NCBI GenBank assembly: GCA_002269645.1
Contig: NIVC01000741.1
Location: forward strand, 248,001-312,000
Source: Macrostomum lignano
Lineage: Eukaryota
DNA length: 64,000 nt
Direction: 5' to 3'
This document shows positions 1 to 12,571 of this stretch, one piece after another. The position numbers and the translations under genes are program-made. The first letter of the stretch is position 1; the number at the start of each line of letters is the position of its first letter. The notes beneath the pieces were generated by a model, which saw nothing but the letters and a program-made list of their open reading frames with translations, ran no database searches and was not told where the DNA came from.

Positions 1-288
1 CAAGCATCCCCAGATAGCAAGCATCCCCCAGATAGCAAGCATCACCCCAGATTGCAAGCATCCCCAAGATAGCAAGCATCCCCCAGATTGCAAGCATCCC
101 CCAGATAGCAAGCATCCCCAAGATAGCAAGCATCCCCCAGATAGCAAGCATCCCCCAGATAGCAAGCATCCCCCAGATAGCAAGCATCCCCCAGATTGCA
201 AGCATCCCCAAGATAGCAAGCATCCCCCAGATAGCAAGCATCCCCGAGATAGATAGCATCCCCAAATAGCAAGCATCCACCAGACAAT
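1..288. repeat. 18-bp tandem repeat (AGCAAGCATCCCCCAGAT)n
   Basis: Direct periodicity; a degenerate reverse-complement copy lies at ~12250-12480. Confidence 0.95.
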
Positions 289-409
289 AAGTAGCTAGTG
301 CGACAATTTCCTTAGCATTATAGCGGCTCCTTTAAAATTCGCTTACTTTTACGTTTGAAATTGTGTATCTTTTATGTTTGATACGGTGGCTTTTCAATGT
401 CTGACATAG

Positions 410-3400
410 TGGCTCTTCTATGTTTGACATGGGGGCTCTTCTATGTTTGACATGGGGGCTCTTCTATGTTTGACATGGGGGCTCTTCTATGTTTGACATG
501 GGGGCTCTTCTATGTTTGACATGGGGGCTCTATTATGTTTGACATGGTGGCTCTTTAATGTTCGAAATGGTGGCTCTTTAATGTTCAAAAAGGTGGCTCT
601 TTTATGTTTGACATGGTGGCTCTTTAATGTTTGACATGGTGGCTCTTTTATGTTCGACATGGTGTCTCTTCAATGTTTGACATGGAGTCATGTATATGTT
701 TGACATGGTGGCTCTTGTATTTTTAACATGTTGGCTCTTTAATGTTCGACATGGTGGCTCTTTAATGTCTAACATGGAGTCACGTATATGTTTGACATGG
801 AGTCATGTATATGTCTGATATGGTAGCTCTTTAATGTTTTACATGGAGTCACGTATATGTTTGACATGGTGGTTCTTAAATGTTCGACATGGTGGCTCTT
901 TAATGTGTTACATGGTGGCACTTTCATGTTTGACCTGGTGGCTCTTTAATGTTTGACATAGTGTCTCTTTAATGTTTGACATGGAGTCATGTATATGTTT
1001 GACATGGTAGCTCTTGAATGTTAGACATGGTGGCACTTTCATGTTTGACCTGGTGGCTCTTTAATGTTTGACATGGTGGCTCCTTAATATTTGACATGGT
1101 GACCCTTTAATATTTGACATGGTGGCCCTTTAATGTTCGACATGGTGGCTCTTCAATGTTCGACATGGTGGCTCTTTTAGGTTTGAAATGGTGGCTCTTT
1201 AATGTTTGACATGGTGGCTTTTTAATGTTCGACATGGTGGCTCTTTTATGTTCGACATGGCGTCATGTATATGTTTGATATGGTAGCTCTTGAATGTTCA
1301 ACATGGAGTCATGTATATGTTGGACATGGTGGCTCTTTAATGTTTGACATGGGGGCTCTTCTATGTTTGACATGGGGCTCTTCTATGTTTGAAATGGGGG
1401 CTCTTCTATGTTTGACATGGGGGCTCTATTATGTTTGACATGGTGGCTCTTTAATGTTCGAAATGGTGGCTCTTTAATGTTCAAAAAGGTGGCTCTTTTA
1501 TGTTTGACATGGTGGCTCTTTAATGTTTGACATGGTGGCTCTTTTATGTTCGACATGGTGTCTCTTCAATGTTTGACATGGAGTCATGTATATGTTTGAC
1601 ATGGTGGCTCTTGTATTTTTAACATGTTGGCTCTTTAATGTTCGACATGGTGGCTCTTTAATGTCTAACATGGAGTCACGTATATGTTTGACATGGAGTC
1701 ATGTATATGTCTGATATGGTAGCTCTTTAATGTTTTACATGGAGTCACGTATATGTTTGACATGGTGGTTCTTAAATGTTCGACATGGTGGCTCTTTAAT
1801 GTGTTACATGGTGGCACTTTCATGTTTGACCTGGTGGCTCTTTAATGTTTGACATAGTGTCTCTTTAATGTTTGACATGGAGTCATGTATATGTTTGACA
1901 TGGTAGCTCTTGAATGTTCGACATAGAGTCATGTATATGTTTGCCATGGTGGCTCTTTAATGTTAGACATGGTGGCACTTTCATGTTTGACCTGGTGGCT
2001 CTTTAATGTTTGACATGGTGGCTCCTTAATATTTGACATGGTGGCCCTTTAATATTTGACATGGTGGCTCTTCAATGTTCGACATGGTGGCTCTTTTAGG
2101 TTTGAAATGGTGGCTCTTTAATGTTTGACATGGTGGCTTTTTAATGTTCGACATGGTGGCTCTTTTATGTTCGACATGGCGTCATGTATATGTTTGACAT
2201 GGTAGCTCTTGAATGTTCAACATGGAGTCATGTATATGTTGGACATGGTGGCTCTTTAATGTTTGACATGGGGGCTCTTCTATGTTTGACATGGGGGCTC
2301 TTCTATGTTTGACATGGGGGCTCTATTATGTTTGACATGGTGGCTCTTTAATGTTCGAAATGGTGGCTCTTTAATGTTCAAAAAGGTGGCTCTTTTATGT
2401 TTGACATGGTGGCTCTTTAATGTTTGACATGGTGGCTCTTTAATGTTTGACATGGTGGCTATTCAATGTTAGACAAAGTAGCTCTTTAATGTTTGACATG
2501 ATGGCTCTTTAATGATAGACATGGTGGCTCTTTAATTTTTGACATGGTGACTCTTTAATGTTGGACATGGTGGCTCTTTAATGTTAGAAATGGTGGCTCT
2601 TTAATGTTCGACATAAAGTCACTTATATGTTTGACATGATGGCTCTTTTATGTTTAACATGGTGGCTCTTTAATGTTTGACATGGTAGCTCTTTTATGTT
2701 CGACATGGTGGCTCTTTAATGTTCGACATGGTGGCTCTTTTATGTTCGACATGGTGTCGCTTCAATGTTTGACATGGAGTTACGTATATGTTTTACATGG
2801 TGGCTCTTTTATGTTCGACGTGGTGGCTCTTTAATGTTTGACATGGGGTCTCTTCAATATTTGACATGGAGTTACGTATATGTTTTACATGGTGGCTCTT
2901 TAATGTTTTACATGGTGGCACTTTCATGTTTGACCTGGTGGCTCTTAAATGTTTGACATGGTGGCTCTTTAATGTTTGACATGGTGTCTCTTTAACGTTC
3001 GACATGGAGTCATGTATATGTTTGACATGGTGGCTCTTGATTGTTCGACATAGAGTCATGTATATGTTTGCCATGGTGGCTCTTTAATGTTAGACATGGT
3101 GGCTCTTTTATGTTTTGCATGGTGGCTCTTTTATGTTCGACATGGTGTCTCTTCAATGTTTGACATGGAGTCATGTATATGTTTGACATGGTGGCTCTTG
3201 TATTTTTAATACGTTGGATCTTTAATGTTCGACATGGTGGCTCTTTAATGTCTAACATGGAGTCACGTATATGTTTGACATGGAGTCATGTATATGTCTG
3301 ATATGGTAGCTCTTTAATGTTTTACATGGAGTCACCTATATGTTTCACATGGTGGCTATTTTATGTTTGACATGGTGGTTCTTAAATGTTCGACATGGTG

Positions 3401-4450
3401 GCTCTTTAATGTGTTACATGGTGGCACTTTCATGTTTGACCTGGTTGCTCTTTAATGTTTGACATGGTGGCTCTTTAATATTTGACATGGTGGCCCTTTT
3501 ATGTTCGACATGGTGGCTCTTTAATGTTTGACATGAAGTCATGTATATGTTTGACCTGGTGGCTCTTTAATGTTTGACATGGTGGCTCTTTAATGTTTTA
3601 TATGGTGGCACTTTCATGTTTGACCTGGTGGCTCTTTAATGTTTGACATGGTGGCTTTTTAATATTTGACATGGTGGCACTTTCATGTTTGACCTGGTGG
3701 GTCATTAATGTTTGACATGGTACCTCTTTTATGTTCGACATGGTGGCTCTTTAATGTTTTACATGGTGGCTCTTTACTGTTTGACATGGTGACTCTTTTA
3801 TGTTCTACATTGTGGCTCTTTTATGTTCGACATGGTGGCTCTTTAATGTTTGATAAGGTGGCTCTTTAATGTTTGACATTGTGGCTCTTTAATATTTGAC
3901 AAGGTGGCTCTTTAATGTTTAAAATGGTGGCTCTTTAATTTTCGAAATGGTGGCTGTTTTATGTTTGACATGGTGGCTCTTTAATGTTCTTAATGGTGTC
4001 TCTTTAATGTTTGCCATTGTGGCTCTTTAATGTTTGACATGGTGGCTTTTTAATGTTCGACATGGTGGCTCTTTTAGGTTTGAAATGGTGGCTCTTTAAT
4101 GTTTGACATTGTGGCTCTTTAATGTTTGACATGGTGGCTCTTTAATGTTTGACATGGTAATTCTTTTATGTTTGATATGGTGGCTCTTTTATGTTCGACA
4201 TGGTGGCTCTTTAATGTTCGACATGGTGGCTCTTTTAGGTTTGAAATGGTGGCTCTTTAATGTTTGACATGGCGGCTCTTTAATGTTTGAAATGGTGGCT
4301 CTTTAATGTTTGATATGGTGGCTCTTTTATGTTCGACATGGTGGCTCTTTAATGTTCGACATGGTGGCTCTTTTAGGTTTGAAATGGTGGCTCTTTAATG
4401 TTTGACATGGTGGCTCTTTTAGGTTTGAAATGGTGGCTCTTTAATGTTTA
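410..4450. repeat. ~21-bp satellite (ATGTTTGACATGGTGGCTCTTTA-like), ~4 kb with higher-order block duplication
   Basis: Continuous periodic variants; the variant series from ~420-1350 recurs at ~1340-2400. Confidence 0.95.
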
Positions 4451-4454
4451 GAAT

Positions 4455-5032
4455 TTTGTGTTTTTTAAGGTGTTTTAATAAAAAAAACATTTTTCACTAC
4501 TAAGATTCGAACCAAGGTCGCTACATTAGCATTCCAGTCTGTTTGCATCCGGCTATCTCTTTTCAATTGGAGAACATGACTTGTGGCCCTTATAATTCAA
4601 TACTTATAGCAAGTCGGTTAGAGTAAAAAGTTATGACACAATCAATTTCTCAGTCAGCCAGTATCAGTCTGAATTTAAGTTAGCAATATGGTTACGCAAT
4701 TTAAATGAAGTCTTGTGTGCGTTTCTGTGGCACTGTTTTCAACTTGTTGTGATGCAATCTTTATCACAATCGTAATTCAGCCAGTCAGTTTTTTCTCTAG
4801 CATTCTTACAATGCATTTCAAGTCAAAAATTTTGCTTGACCTTTGCAAAAAAGCATGTTTTTCGAATATTTAATCCCTTTAACATTGAGCAATTTCTTAG
4901 CCAAGATGCATGTACCGTCCCAGGAACATTTCTGATCGAATGGTGCAAGTTTAAAGAAAATCGGTTGAGCCATTTTTTCTGAGATCTATCGCATAGCTAG
5001 TTAGTTACAGACATTTCATTTTTAGTATATAG
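4455..5032 (+). mobile_element. Conserved repeat module copy 1 (non-autonomous Helitron-like or foldback-arm module; diverged)
   Basis: Aligns by eye with 6452-7125 (e.g. ...TTCTGATCGAATGGTGCAAGTTT...AAAATCGGTTGAGCC...CATTTCATTTTTAGTATAT). The AAAATCGGTTGAGCC...microsatellite...TTTTAGTATATAG end resembles non-autonomous Helitron 3' ends from memory; no canonical GC hairpin seen. Confidence 0.45.
4503..4560 (-). other. tRNA-like remnant (A-box/B-box), degenerate
   Basis: Minus strand AGAGATAGCCGGATG...AATGCTAATGTAGCGACCTTGGTTCGAATCT; B box GGTTCGAATC. Confidence 0.5.
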
Positions 5033-5035
5033 GAG

Positions 5036-6451
5036 ATCCTTGGTTTATCGAGTGCAGTAATCCTTGGTTTATTAATAGCAATAATCCTTGGCTTATCGAG
5101 TGCAGTAATCCTTGGTTTATTAATAGCAATAATCCATGGCTTATCGAGTGCAGTAATCCTTGGTTTGCCAAGAGCAATAGTCCTTGGCTTATCGAGTGCA
5201 GTAATCCTTGGTTTATTAATAGCAATAATCCATGGCTTATCGAGTGCAGTAATCCTTGGTTTGCCAAGAGCAATAGTCCTTGGCTTATCGAGTGCAGTAA
5301 TCCTTGGTTTGCCAAGAGCAATAGTCCTTGGTTTATTGAGTGCAGTAATCCTTGGTTTATTAATAGCAATAGTCCTTGGTTTATTGAGTGCAGTAATCCT
5401 TGGTTTATTAATAGCAATAATCCTTGGCTTATCGAGTGCAGTAATCCTTGGTTTGCCAAGTGCATAATCCTTGGTTTATTAATAGCAATAATCCTTGGCT
5501 TATCAAGTGCAGTAATCCTTGGTTTATTAATAGCAATAATCCTTGGTTTATCGAGTGCATTAATCCTTGGTTTATTAATAGCAATAATCCTTGGCTTATC
5601 GAGTGCAGTAATCCTTGGTTTATTAATAGCAATAATCCTTGGCTTATCGAGTGCAGTAATCCTTGGTTTGCCAAGAGCAATAGTCCTTGGTTTTTTGAGT
5701 GCAGTAATCCTTGGTTTATTAATAGCAATAGTCCTTGGTTTATTGAGTGCAGTAATGCTTGGTTTATTAATAGCAATAATCCTTGGCTTATCGATTGCAG
5801 TAATCCTTGGTTTGCCAAGTGCATAATCCTTGGTTTATTAATAGCAATAATCCTTGGTTTATCGAGTGCAGTAATCCTTAGTTTATTAATAGCAATAATC
5901 CTTGGCTTATCGAGTGCAGTAATCCTTGGTTTATTAATAGCAATAATCCATGGCTTATCGAGTGCAGTAATCCTTGGTTTGCCAAGAGCAATAGTCCTTG
6001 GCTTATCGAGTGCAGTAATCCTTGGTTTGCCAAGAGCAATAGTCCTTGGTTTATTGAGTGCAGTAATCCTTGGTTTATTAATAGCAATAGTCCTTGGCTT
6101 ATCGAGTGCAGTAATCCTTGTTTATTAATAGCAATAATCCTTGGTTTATCGAGTGCAGTAATCCTTGGTTTATTAATAGCAATAATCCTTGGCTTATCGA
6201 GTGCAGTAATCCTTGGTTTATTAATAGCAATAATCCTTGGCTTATCGAGTGCAGTAATTCATGGTTTATTAATAGCAATAATCCTTGGCTTATCGAGTGC
6301 AGTAATCCTTGGTTTATTAATAGCAATAATCCATGGCTTATCGAGTGCAGTAATCCTTGGTTTGCCAAGAGCAATAATCCTTGGCTTATCGAGTGCAGTA
6401 TTCCTTGGTTTGCCAAGAGCAATAATCCTTAGCTTATCGAGTGCAGTAATC
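5036..6451. repeat. 24-bp satellite with 48-bp dimer organisation (TAATCCTTGGTTTATTAATAGCAA / TAATCCTTGGCTTATCGAGTGCAG)
   Basis: Direct periodicity; reverse-complement remnant at ~12100-12225. Confidence 0.95.
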
Positions 6452-7160
6452 TAAGTGTTTTTATTTAGTCCTTTAAAATAAAAGCTTTTAATAAAAAATT
6501 TTACACTACTACTTTTAAACTACTTAGATTCGAACCCAGGTCGCTGCATTAGCAGTCTGGTCTGCTCAGCTCTAGGCTAGCTCTCATCGAAGTTATCAGT
6601 GAATTTGTACCACTTATATAATTCAACACTCACACCAAGTCAGGTAGAGTAAAAAGTCACGCGAAGCAGTTATGACATAATCAATTTCTTAGGCAAGTCA
6701 GTACCAGTGTCTATGAAAGTTAACAATATGGTTACGTAATATAAATTCAGTACTGCACTATACTTTCACCCTCAAAGCTGTGACGCAATTCAATTGAGTG
6801 TCAAATTCAGCCAGTACACAGACGATAAATAAAGTGTATTGTGATGCAATCTATTTCAGAATCAGAATTCAACCAGTCAGATTTTTCTCTAGCATTCTTA
6901 CAATGCATTTCAGGTCGAAAGAGCTGCTTGACCTTTGCAAAAAATCATGTTTTTCGAATATTTAATCCCTTTAAAATTGAGCAATTTCTTAGCCAATATG
7001 CATGTACCGTCCCGGGAAAATTTCTGATCGAATGGTGCAAGTTTGAAGAAAATCGGTTGAGCCGTTCGGGAGAAAATCAATTACAAGCAAGCAACCAAGC
7101 ATTTCATTTTTAGTATATTAGAAGATATAGCACTCAATTCTCTATCATTCTTAAACGATT
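6452..7160 (+). mobile_element. Conserved repeat module copy 2 (left arm of a large inverted repeat)
   Basis: Near-identical reverse complement of 11362-12110; homologous to 4455-5032. Confidence 0.6.
6526..6585 (-). other. tRNA-Ser(GCU)-like remnant
   Basis: Minus strand GAGAGCTAGCCTAGAGCTGAGCAGACCAGACTGCTAATGCAGCGACCTGGGTTCGAATCT: A-box-like TAGCCTAGAG, GACTGCTAAT anticodon-loop-like motif, B box; no 3' acceptor strand. Confidence 0.55.
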
Positions 7161-9639
7161 GCGCAACACTCCTTGAACACACCCCCACTCCTAGGCTGCA
7201 CTCCTTGCAAGAACGCCTAGCTCCTAACTCCTGAAATCTATAGCACACAAAATTCAATCACTCCTTGTCAAGAGTACTCTTGAGTCCTAGCTCCTAACTC
7301 CTGATTCTATAGCACGGGCCCCTGCACCCGCGCCACCCCATGTACGCAGAATGATGAATCAATGTACAGTAGGCCCAATAAGGGATACGATGGACAGACG
7401 AGAACGCAGAATACAGAATAACCAATAGATATCCACAATTAATTTCAGTATACACCTAAAAATGGCCGCATACACTCCCATGGAGGCATTACGCTCGGCG
7501 ACCGGGACAGCCCTTTGTGGATGTCAACATCCACGTTAGGAAGTGCGTCAAAAAAGACGCACAAACACAGGTCGCCGAGCAGGATATCGACGGTGGCTAC
7601 TCGGTGGCCACACAAACGGCCGAAGACAAGACTGGGGACTTGTCCTGGTCCCCAGGAAGACACCCTGGGATGGCGGCCCGTACACGGCCGCCATCACCAT
7701 CAGGCCGTGGCCCTCGCCACAGGGCTACCGCCTCTACCTGTGAAAAAAAGGCAGCGGCCCAGAGGACGACGAGTGCTAAAGGATGACCTCAGCGCATTCA
7801 AAAACTCTGCCTTATACTCGTAATAATAAACCCTAATAAAACATCTTTAATACACCTTTGCAGATTTCTAACATCTTGTATCTTACTATAACATTTAATA
7901 TATTACGAGTATAATAACATCGTTGTTATAATGTTATATATTACATTACCAGCCTAGCATTACCCCTTTTGCTCCTACCATAACTGTAAGCGTTATAAAA
8001 ATGTCAGTCGCAGCATTTTCATGACATTATGATTATAACAATGTTATGACAAGGATGGTGCTGGAAAATATCAATCCCGGAATAATCCCGGGATCCCGGG
8101 ATTGACAGAATACGGGATTTTGTGACCCCTAGTTTTAATACAGTTTGCTTGACAAATGCCAATATAACCAGCTATTGATAAATAATTAATTGGAAAAATT
8201 GGAAAAAACTTATTGTTACGACTTGAAAAACTTACTCGCTCGAAAGCGAGCCAACGTCAAACAAAATTATTGAATAGATTACAATAGTCTAAGATGCGAG
8301 ACTTACCTTAAGCAGTTTTTTACTGGAATAAAATTTAGAAATTCAGTCCCGAGGCACGAGGCTGTCTTTTTGGCAAGAAAACATGGAAAGACAGGCAGAC
8401 GTCAGGCGCAGTGAGAAAGAAAACCTTCTGTTTATATGCGATTCTACACGCTTCAGTTGCTGTTCAGCACTTGGCGAAATAGGGGCTGAGGTGGGTGCAA
8501 TGTGGAGCTCTGTAGCTTCTGTCTTGGCATCGAGCAGGGCGCACACAGCGTGCCCCGACAGGCTACAGCCCGCTCTGGGAGGGGCTGGCAGAGCAGTTGG
8601 CAGGTAGGCAGGGTCAGAGCCAACTCGTGCTCAAAGCCATCTCTAGACAGCTATAGGCTGCTGCAGGTTTTCAGTTTACCCGCTGAGCAAATTCTGAGGA
8701 TACAAGCACACAGTTCACGCAACCCAGCGTCTGCGTCAACTTTTGCTAAGTTAATTCTGAGCACACTAAATTTTCATGTTTTCGAACTATAGGTCAAAAG
8801 ATTGCAGTTTGCAAGCTTTTTAAGTTGTCAAGAAGGAAGGAAAATACTCGTAGGCATTTGTAGAGTTCTAATTTCAATATATTTCTCAATTTTGACTCGC
8901 AGTGTTTGCATCGCGCAGTCGTGCTCTTTAATTATGTTTTTATTCTTGTTTATTCAATAAGTTTCTTTTAAACTTCTGCTAACGTAGCCAGGCCCATATG
9001 AGCGGAGTTCAGACAGAAACTCTCCATGATGAACTGAAAAACTGAGGTCAGCCATGGACGACTATATTTAAGCACGAATCCATGCAGGAGTCCATGGGTC
9101 AGCCTATACAGTTGCCTGAATTGTTGCTGGTTCTCCTTGGTAGAGAGAGGCCTCTGAGAGCAAGCAAAAGATATTAACTAATATGGGGTCCTGTCATTCA
9201 CTTAGCCCTGCCTATTTTGACTCAAAGAACAGAAGCCTGGCGGAGAATGAAATGAAAGAAGCAGAAAACTTGAGGGGTGGGGGCTGACTCATTGATGCAG
9301 TGTGCACACCTCGCCAGCGCCTGCTCGGCTGCGGTCCGCAAAGGGTCGGTGAAACACAATAGAAGCTTTAGTAGGCTGCTTGCTTCTTGATTAGGTTGTT
9401 GCTTGACTCAAATTTTACTCAAATTCCAGTTATAACAAAGCTATGCCTGGCTGGGCTATGGCTAATACAATCATGCATAGCTAGCTGTGTAACACGAGCC
9501 CAAAATTGCATACAGTTATGCAAGGGCATCTTCGTTTTACTTGAAAAATTGACCTTTGACAATGAAGCAGCATTTTGTTTTCCGGTCTGCATCAAAATTA
9601 TCGGGACAACTCTCTTACCCCTTCTACACTCTTCTCATT

Positions 9640-10745
9640 CGCCTCTCTATTCCCACTCTTCTCATTAGCCTCTCTATTCCCACTTTCCATTAGCCTCTCT
9701 ATTCCCACTCTTCTCATTAGCCTCTCTATTCCCACTTTCCATTAGCCTCTCTATTCCCACTCTTCTCATTAGCCTCTTTATTCCCACTCTTTCCATTAGC
9801 ATCTCTATTCCCACTCTTCCCATTAGCCTCTCTATTCCCACTCTTCTCATTAGCCTCTCTATTCCCACTCTTTCCATTAGCATCTCTATTCCCACTCTTC
9901 CCATTAGCCTCTCTATTCCCACTCTTCTCATTAGCCTTTCTATTCCCACTCTTCCCATTAGCCTCTCTATTCCCACTCTTCTCATTAGCCTCTCTATTCC
10001 CACTTTCCATTAGCATCTCTATTCCCACTCTTCTCATTAGCCTCTCTATTCCCACTCTTCTCATTAGCCTCTCTATTCCCACTCTTCTCATTAGCCTCTC
10101 TATTCCCACTCTTTCCATTAGCATCTCTATTCCCACTCTTCCCATTAGCCTCTCTATTCCCACTCTTTCCATTAGCCTCTCTATTCCCACTCTTCTCATT
10201 AGCCTCTCTATTCCCACTCTTCTCATTAGCCTCTCTATTCCCACTCTTCCCATTAGCCTCTCTATTCCCACTCTTCTCATTAGCCTCTCTATTCCCACTT
10301 TCCATTAGCCTCTCTATTCCCACTCTTCTCATTAGCCTCTCTATTCCCACTTTCCATTAGCCTCTCTATTCCCACTCTTCTCATTAGCCTCTCTATTCCC
10401 ACTCTTTCCATTAGCATCTCTATTCCCACTCTTCCCATTAGCCTCTCTATTCCCACTCTTCCCATTAGCCTCTCTATTCCCACTCTTTCCATTAGCATCT
10501 CTATTCCCACTCTTCCCATTAGCCTCTATTCCCACTCTTCTCATTAGCCTCTCTATTCCCACTCTTCTCATTAGCCTCTCTATTCCCACTCTTCTCATTA
10601 GCCTCTCTATTCCCACTCTTCTCATTAGCCTCTCTATTCCCACTCTTCTCATTAGCCTCTCTATTCCAACTCTTTCCATTAGCCTTTCTATTCCCACTCT
10701 TCCCATTAGCCTCTCTATTCCCACTCTTCTCATTAGCCTCTCTAT
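9640..10745. repeat. 27-bp (25-27) pyrimidine-rich minisatellite (CATTAGCCTCTCTATTCCCACTCTTCT)n
   Basis: Direct periodicity; accounts for the MRRVGIERL ORFs. Confidence 0.95.
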
Positions 10746-11361
10746 TATCTGATTCTATTGAGACTCGAGCTCAAATCTTATCTGATGAGTAATTGTACAG
10801 AAACTGTACATGCAACTCGTTGCAGTTTCCTGCATGTCAATCCCTGTGTACACGAAAAGAACCAAGACAATAGAAGCCCTGTGAAGTTATTGTTTTAAAT
10901 ATTGAAGTGACTCAATCTTGTTCAATAAGATAAGAATAGGAAAAATCAACCAATATATAATTACAATATTGCACTGTGTACGTGTTGAGTGTCGGTTTCA
11001 CAGTCAAGCTTTCAGGTCTCTGTGAGCACAATAATCAATGAAGAGAATACAGAGCAAATTTACAGAGAAAATCAGTAGCAATGAGGCCCTCCAAGGCATC
11101 CAATGTGAATAAAGAAAATTATCTTTTTCTGAGAAAAAAACTGACTGAATTTGAAGAAGAAAATTAGGCTCTGTTTGGCCTGGCCAAAATACACTAATAA
11201 TTATTATTGGTGTCAATAAAAAAATAGATTGTTTCCTGTGATTGGTTTATGATTGGAGCAAATCAAAATCTGACTGAAGCTGGGAAAAATCTGTCAATTG
11301 GTGCGCGACCGCAAATATGAGATTAACAAGATTCTGTGGGTGAAGAACCCGTGTTGCGCAA

Positions 11362-12230
11362 TGTTGCGCAATCGTTTAAGAATGATAGAGAATTGAGTGC
11401 TATATCCAATATACTAAATCTAATATACTAAAAATGGTCTGTTTGTGTGTGCGTGCGTGTGTGTGTGTGTGTGTGTGATCGATTTTAGCAAAAACGGCTC
11501 AACCGATTTTGTTCGAACTTGCACTGTTCAATCAGAAATTTTTCCGTGACGGTACATGCATCTTGGCTAAGAAATTGCTCAATATTAAAGGGATTAAATA
11601 TTCGAAAAACATGCTTTTTTGCAAAGGTCAAGCAGCTCTTTCGACTTGAAATGCATTGTAAGAATGCTAGCAGAAAAACTGACTGGTTGAATTCTGATTC
11701 TGAAATAGATTGCATCACAATACACTTTATTTATCGTCTGTGTACTGGCTGAATTTGACACTCAATTGAATTGCGTCACAGCTTTGAGTGTGAAAGTATA
11801 GTGCAGTACTGAATTTATATTACGTAACCATATTGTTAGCTTTCATAGACACTGGTACTGACTTGCCTAAGAAATTGATTATGTCATAACTGCTTCGCGT
11901 GACTTTTTACTCTACCTGACTTGGTGTGAGTGTTGAATTATATAAGTGGTACAAATTCACTGATAACTTCGATGAGAGCTAGCCTAGAGCTGAACAGACC
12001 AGACTGCTAATGCAGCGACCTGGGTTCGAATCTAAGTAGTAGTGTAAAATTTTTTATTAAAAGCTTTTATTAAAGGACTAAATAAAAACACTTAGATTAC
12101 TGCACTCGATAAGCTAAGGATTACTGCACTTGGCAAACCAAGGAATACTGCACTCGATAAGCCATGGATTATTGCTATTAATAAACCAAGGATTACTGCA
12201 CTCGATAGCCAAGGATTACTGCGCTTTATA
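11362..12230 (-). mobile_element. Conserved repeat module copy 3, inverted, with tRNA-like remnant (11974-12033, +) and 24-bp satellite remnant
   Basis: Reverse complement of ~6400-7160, including the TGTTGCGCAATCGTTTAAGAATGATAGAGAATTGAGTG flank; carries a (GT)n tract at ~11445-11477 where copy 2 has CAAG repeats. Confidence 0.6.
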
Positions 12231-12510
12231 AGCTTGGCTACATGTATAGGATTATTTCTATCCAGGGATTCTTGCTATGTGCAGGATGCTTGCTATCTGG
12301 AAGGATGCTTCTACATTATTTGGGGTATGCTTGCTATCTGCAAGATGCTTGCTATCTGCAAGATGCTTGCTATCTGCAAGATGCTTGCTATCTGCAGATG
12401 CTTGCTATCTGGGTGGATGCTTGCTAGGAGTATTAGGGGATGCTTGCTACTGGGGGGATGCTTGCTGTCTTGGGAATATTTTCTATTTAGGGGTAATGAC
12501 TAAAATTCAT

Positions 12511-12569
12511 GAGAGCTAGCCTAGAGGTAAACAGACTAAACTGCTAAATGCAGGGACGATGGTTCGAAT
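12511..12569 (+). other. Fourth tRNA-like remnant, directly abutting the 22-23 bp satellite
   Basis: GAGAGCTAGCCTAGAGGTAAACAGACTAAACTGCTAAATGCAGGGACGATGGTTCGAAT, homologous to 11974-12033. Confidence 0.5.
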
Positions 12570-12571
12570 GG

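Noticed and set aside
8343-8792. Possible hAT transposase C-terminal fragment
   Set aside because: I could not find a convincing dimerisation-domain motif in any frame; left unassigned.
5022-10733. Repetitive ORFs (LLLINQGLLHS, MRRVGIERL)
   Set aside because: Satellite translations.
4503-12569. tRNA-like segments as functional tRNA genes
   Set aside because: No 3' acceptor strand, poor stems and no oligo-T terminator; treated as remnants.
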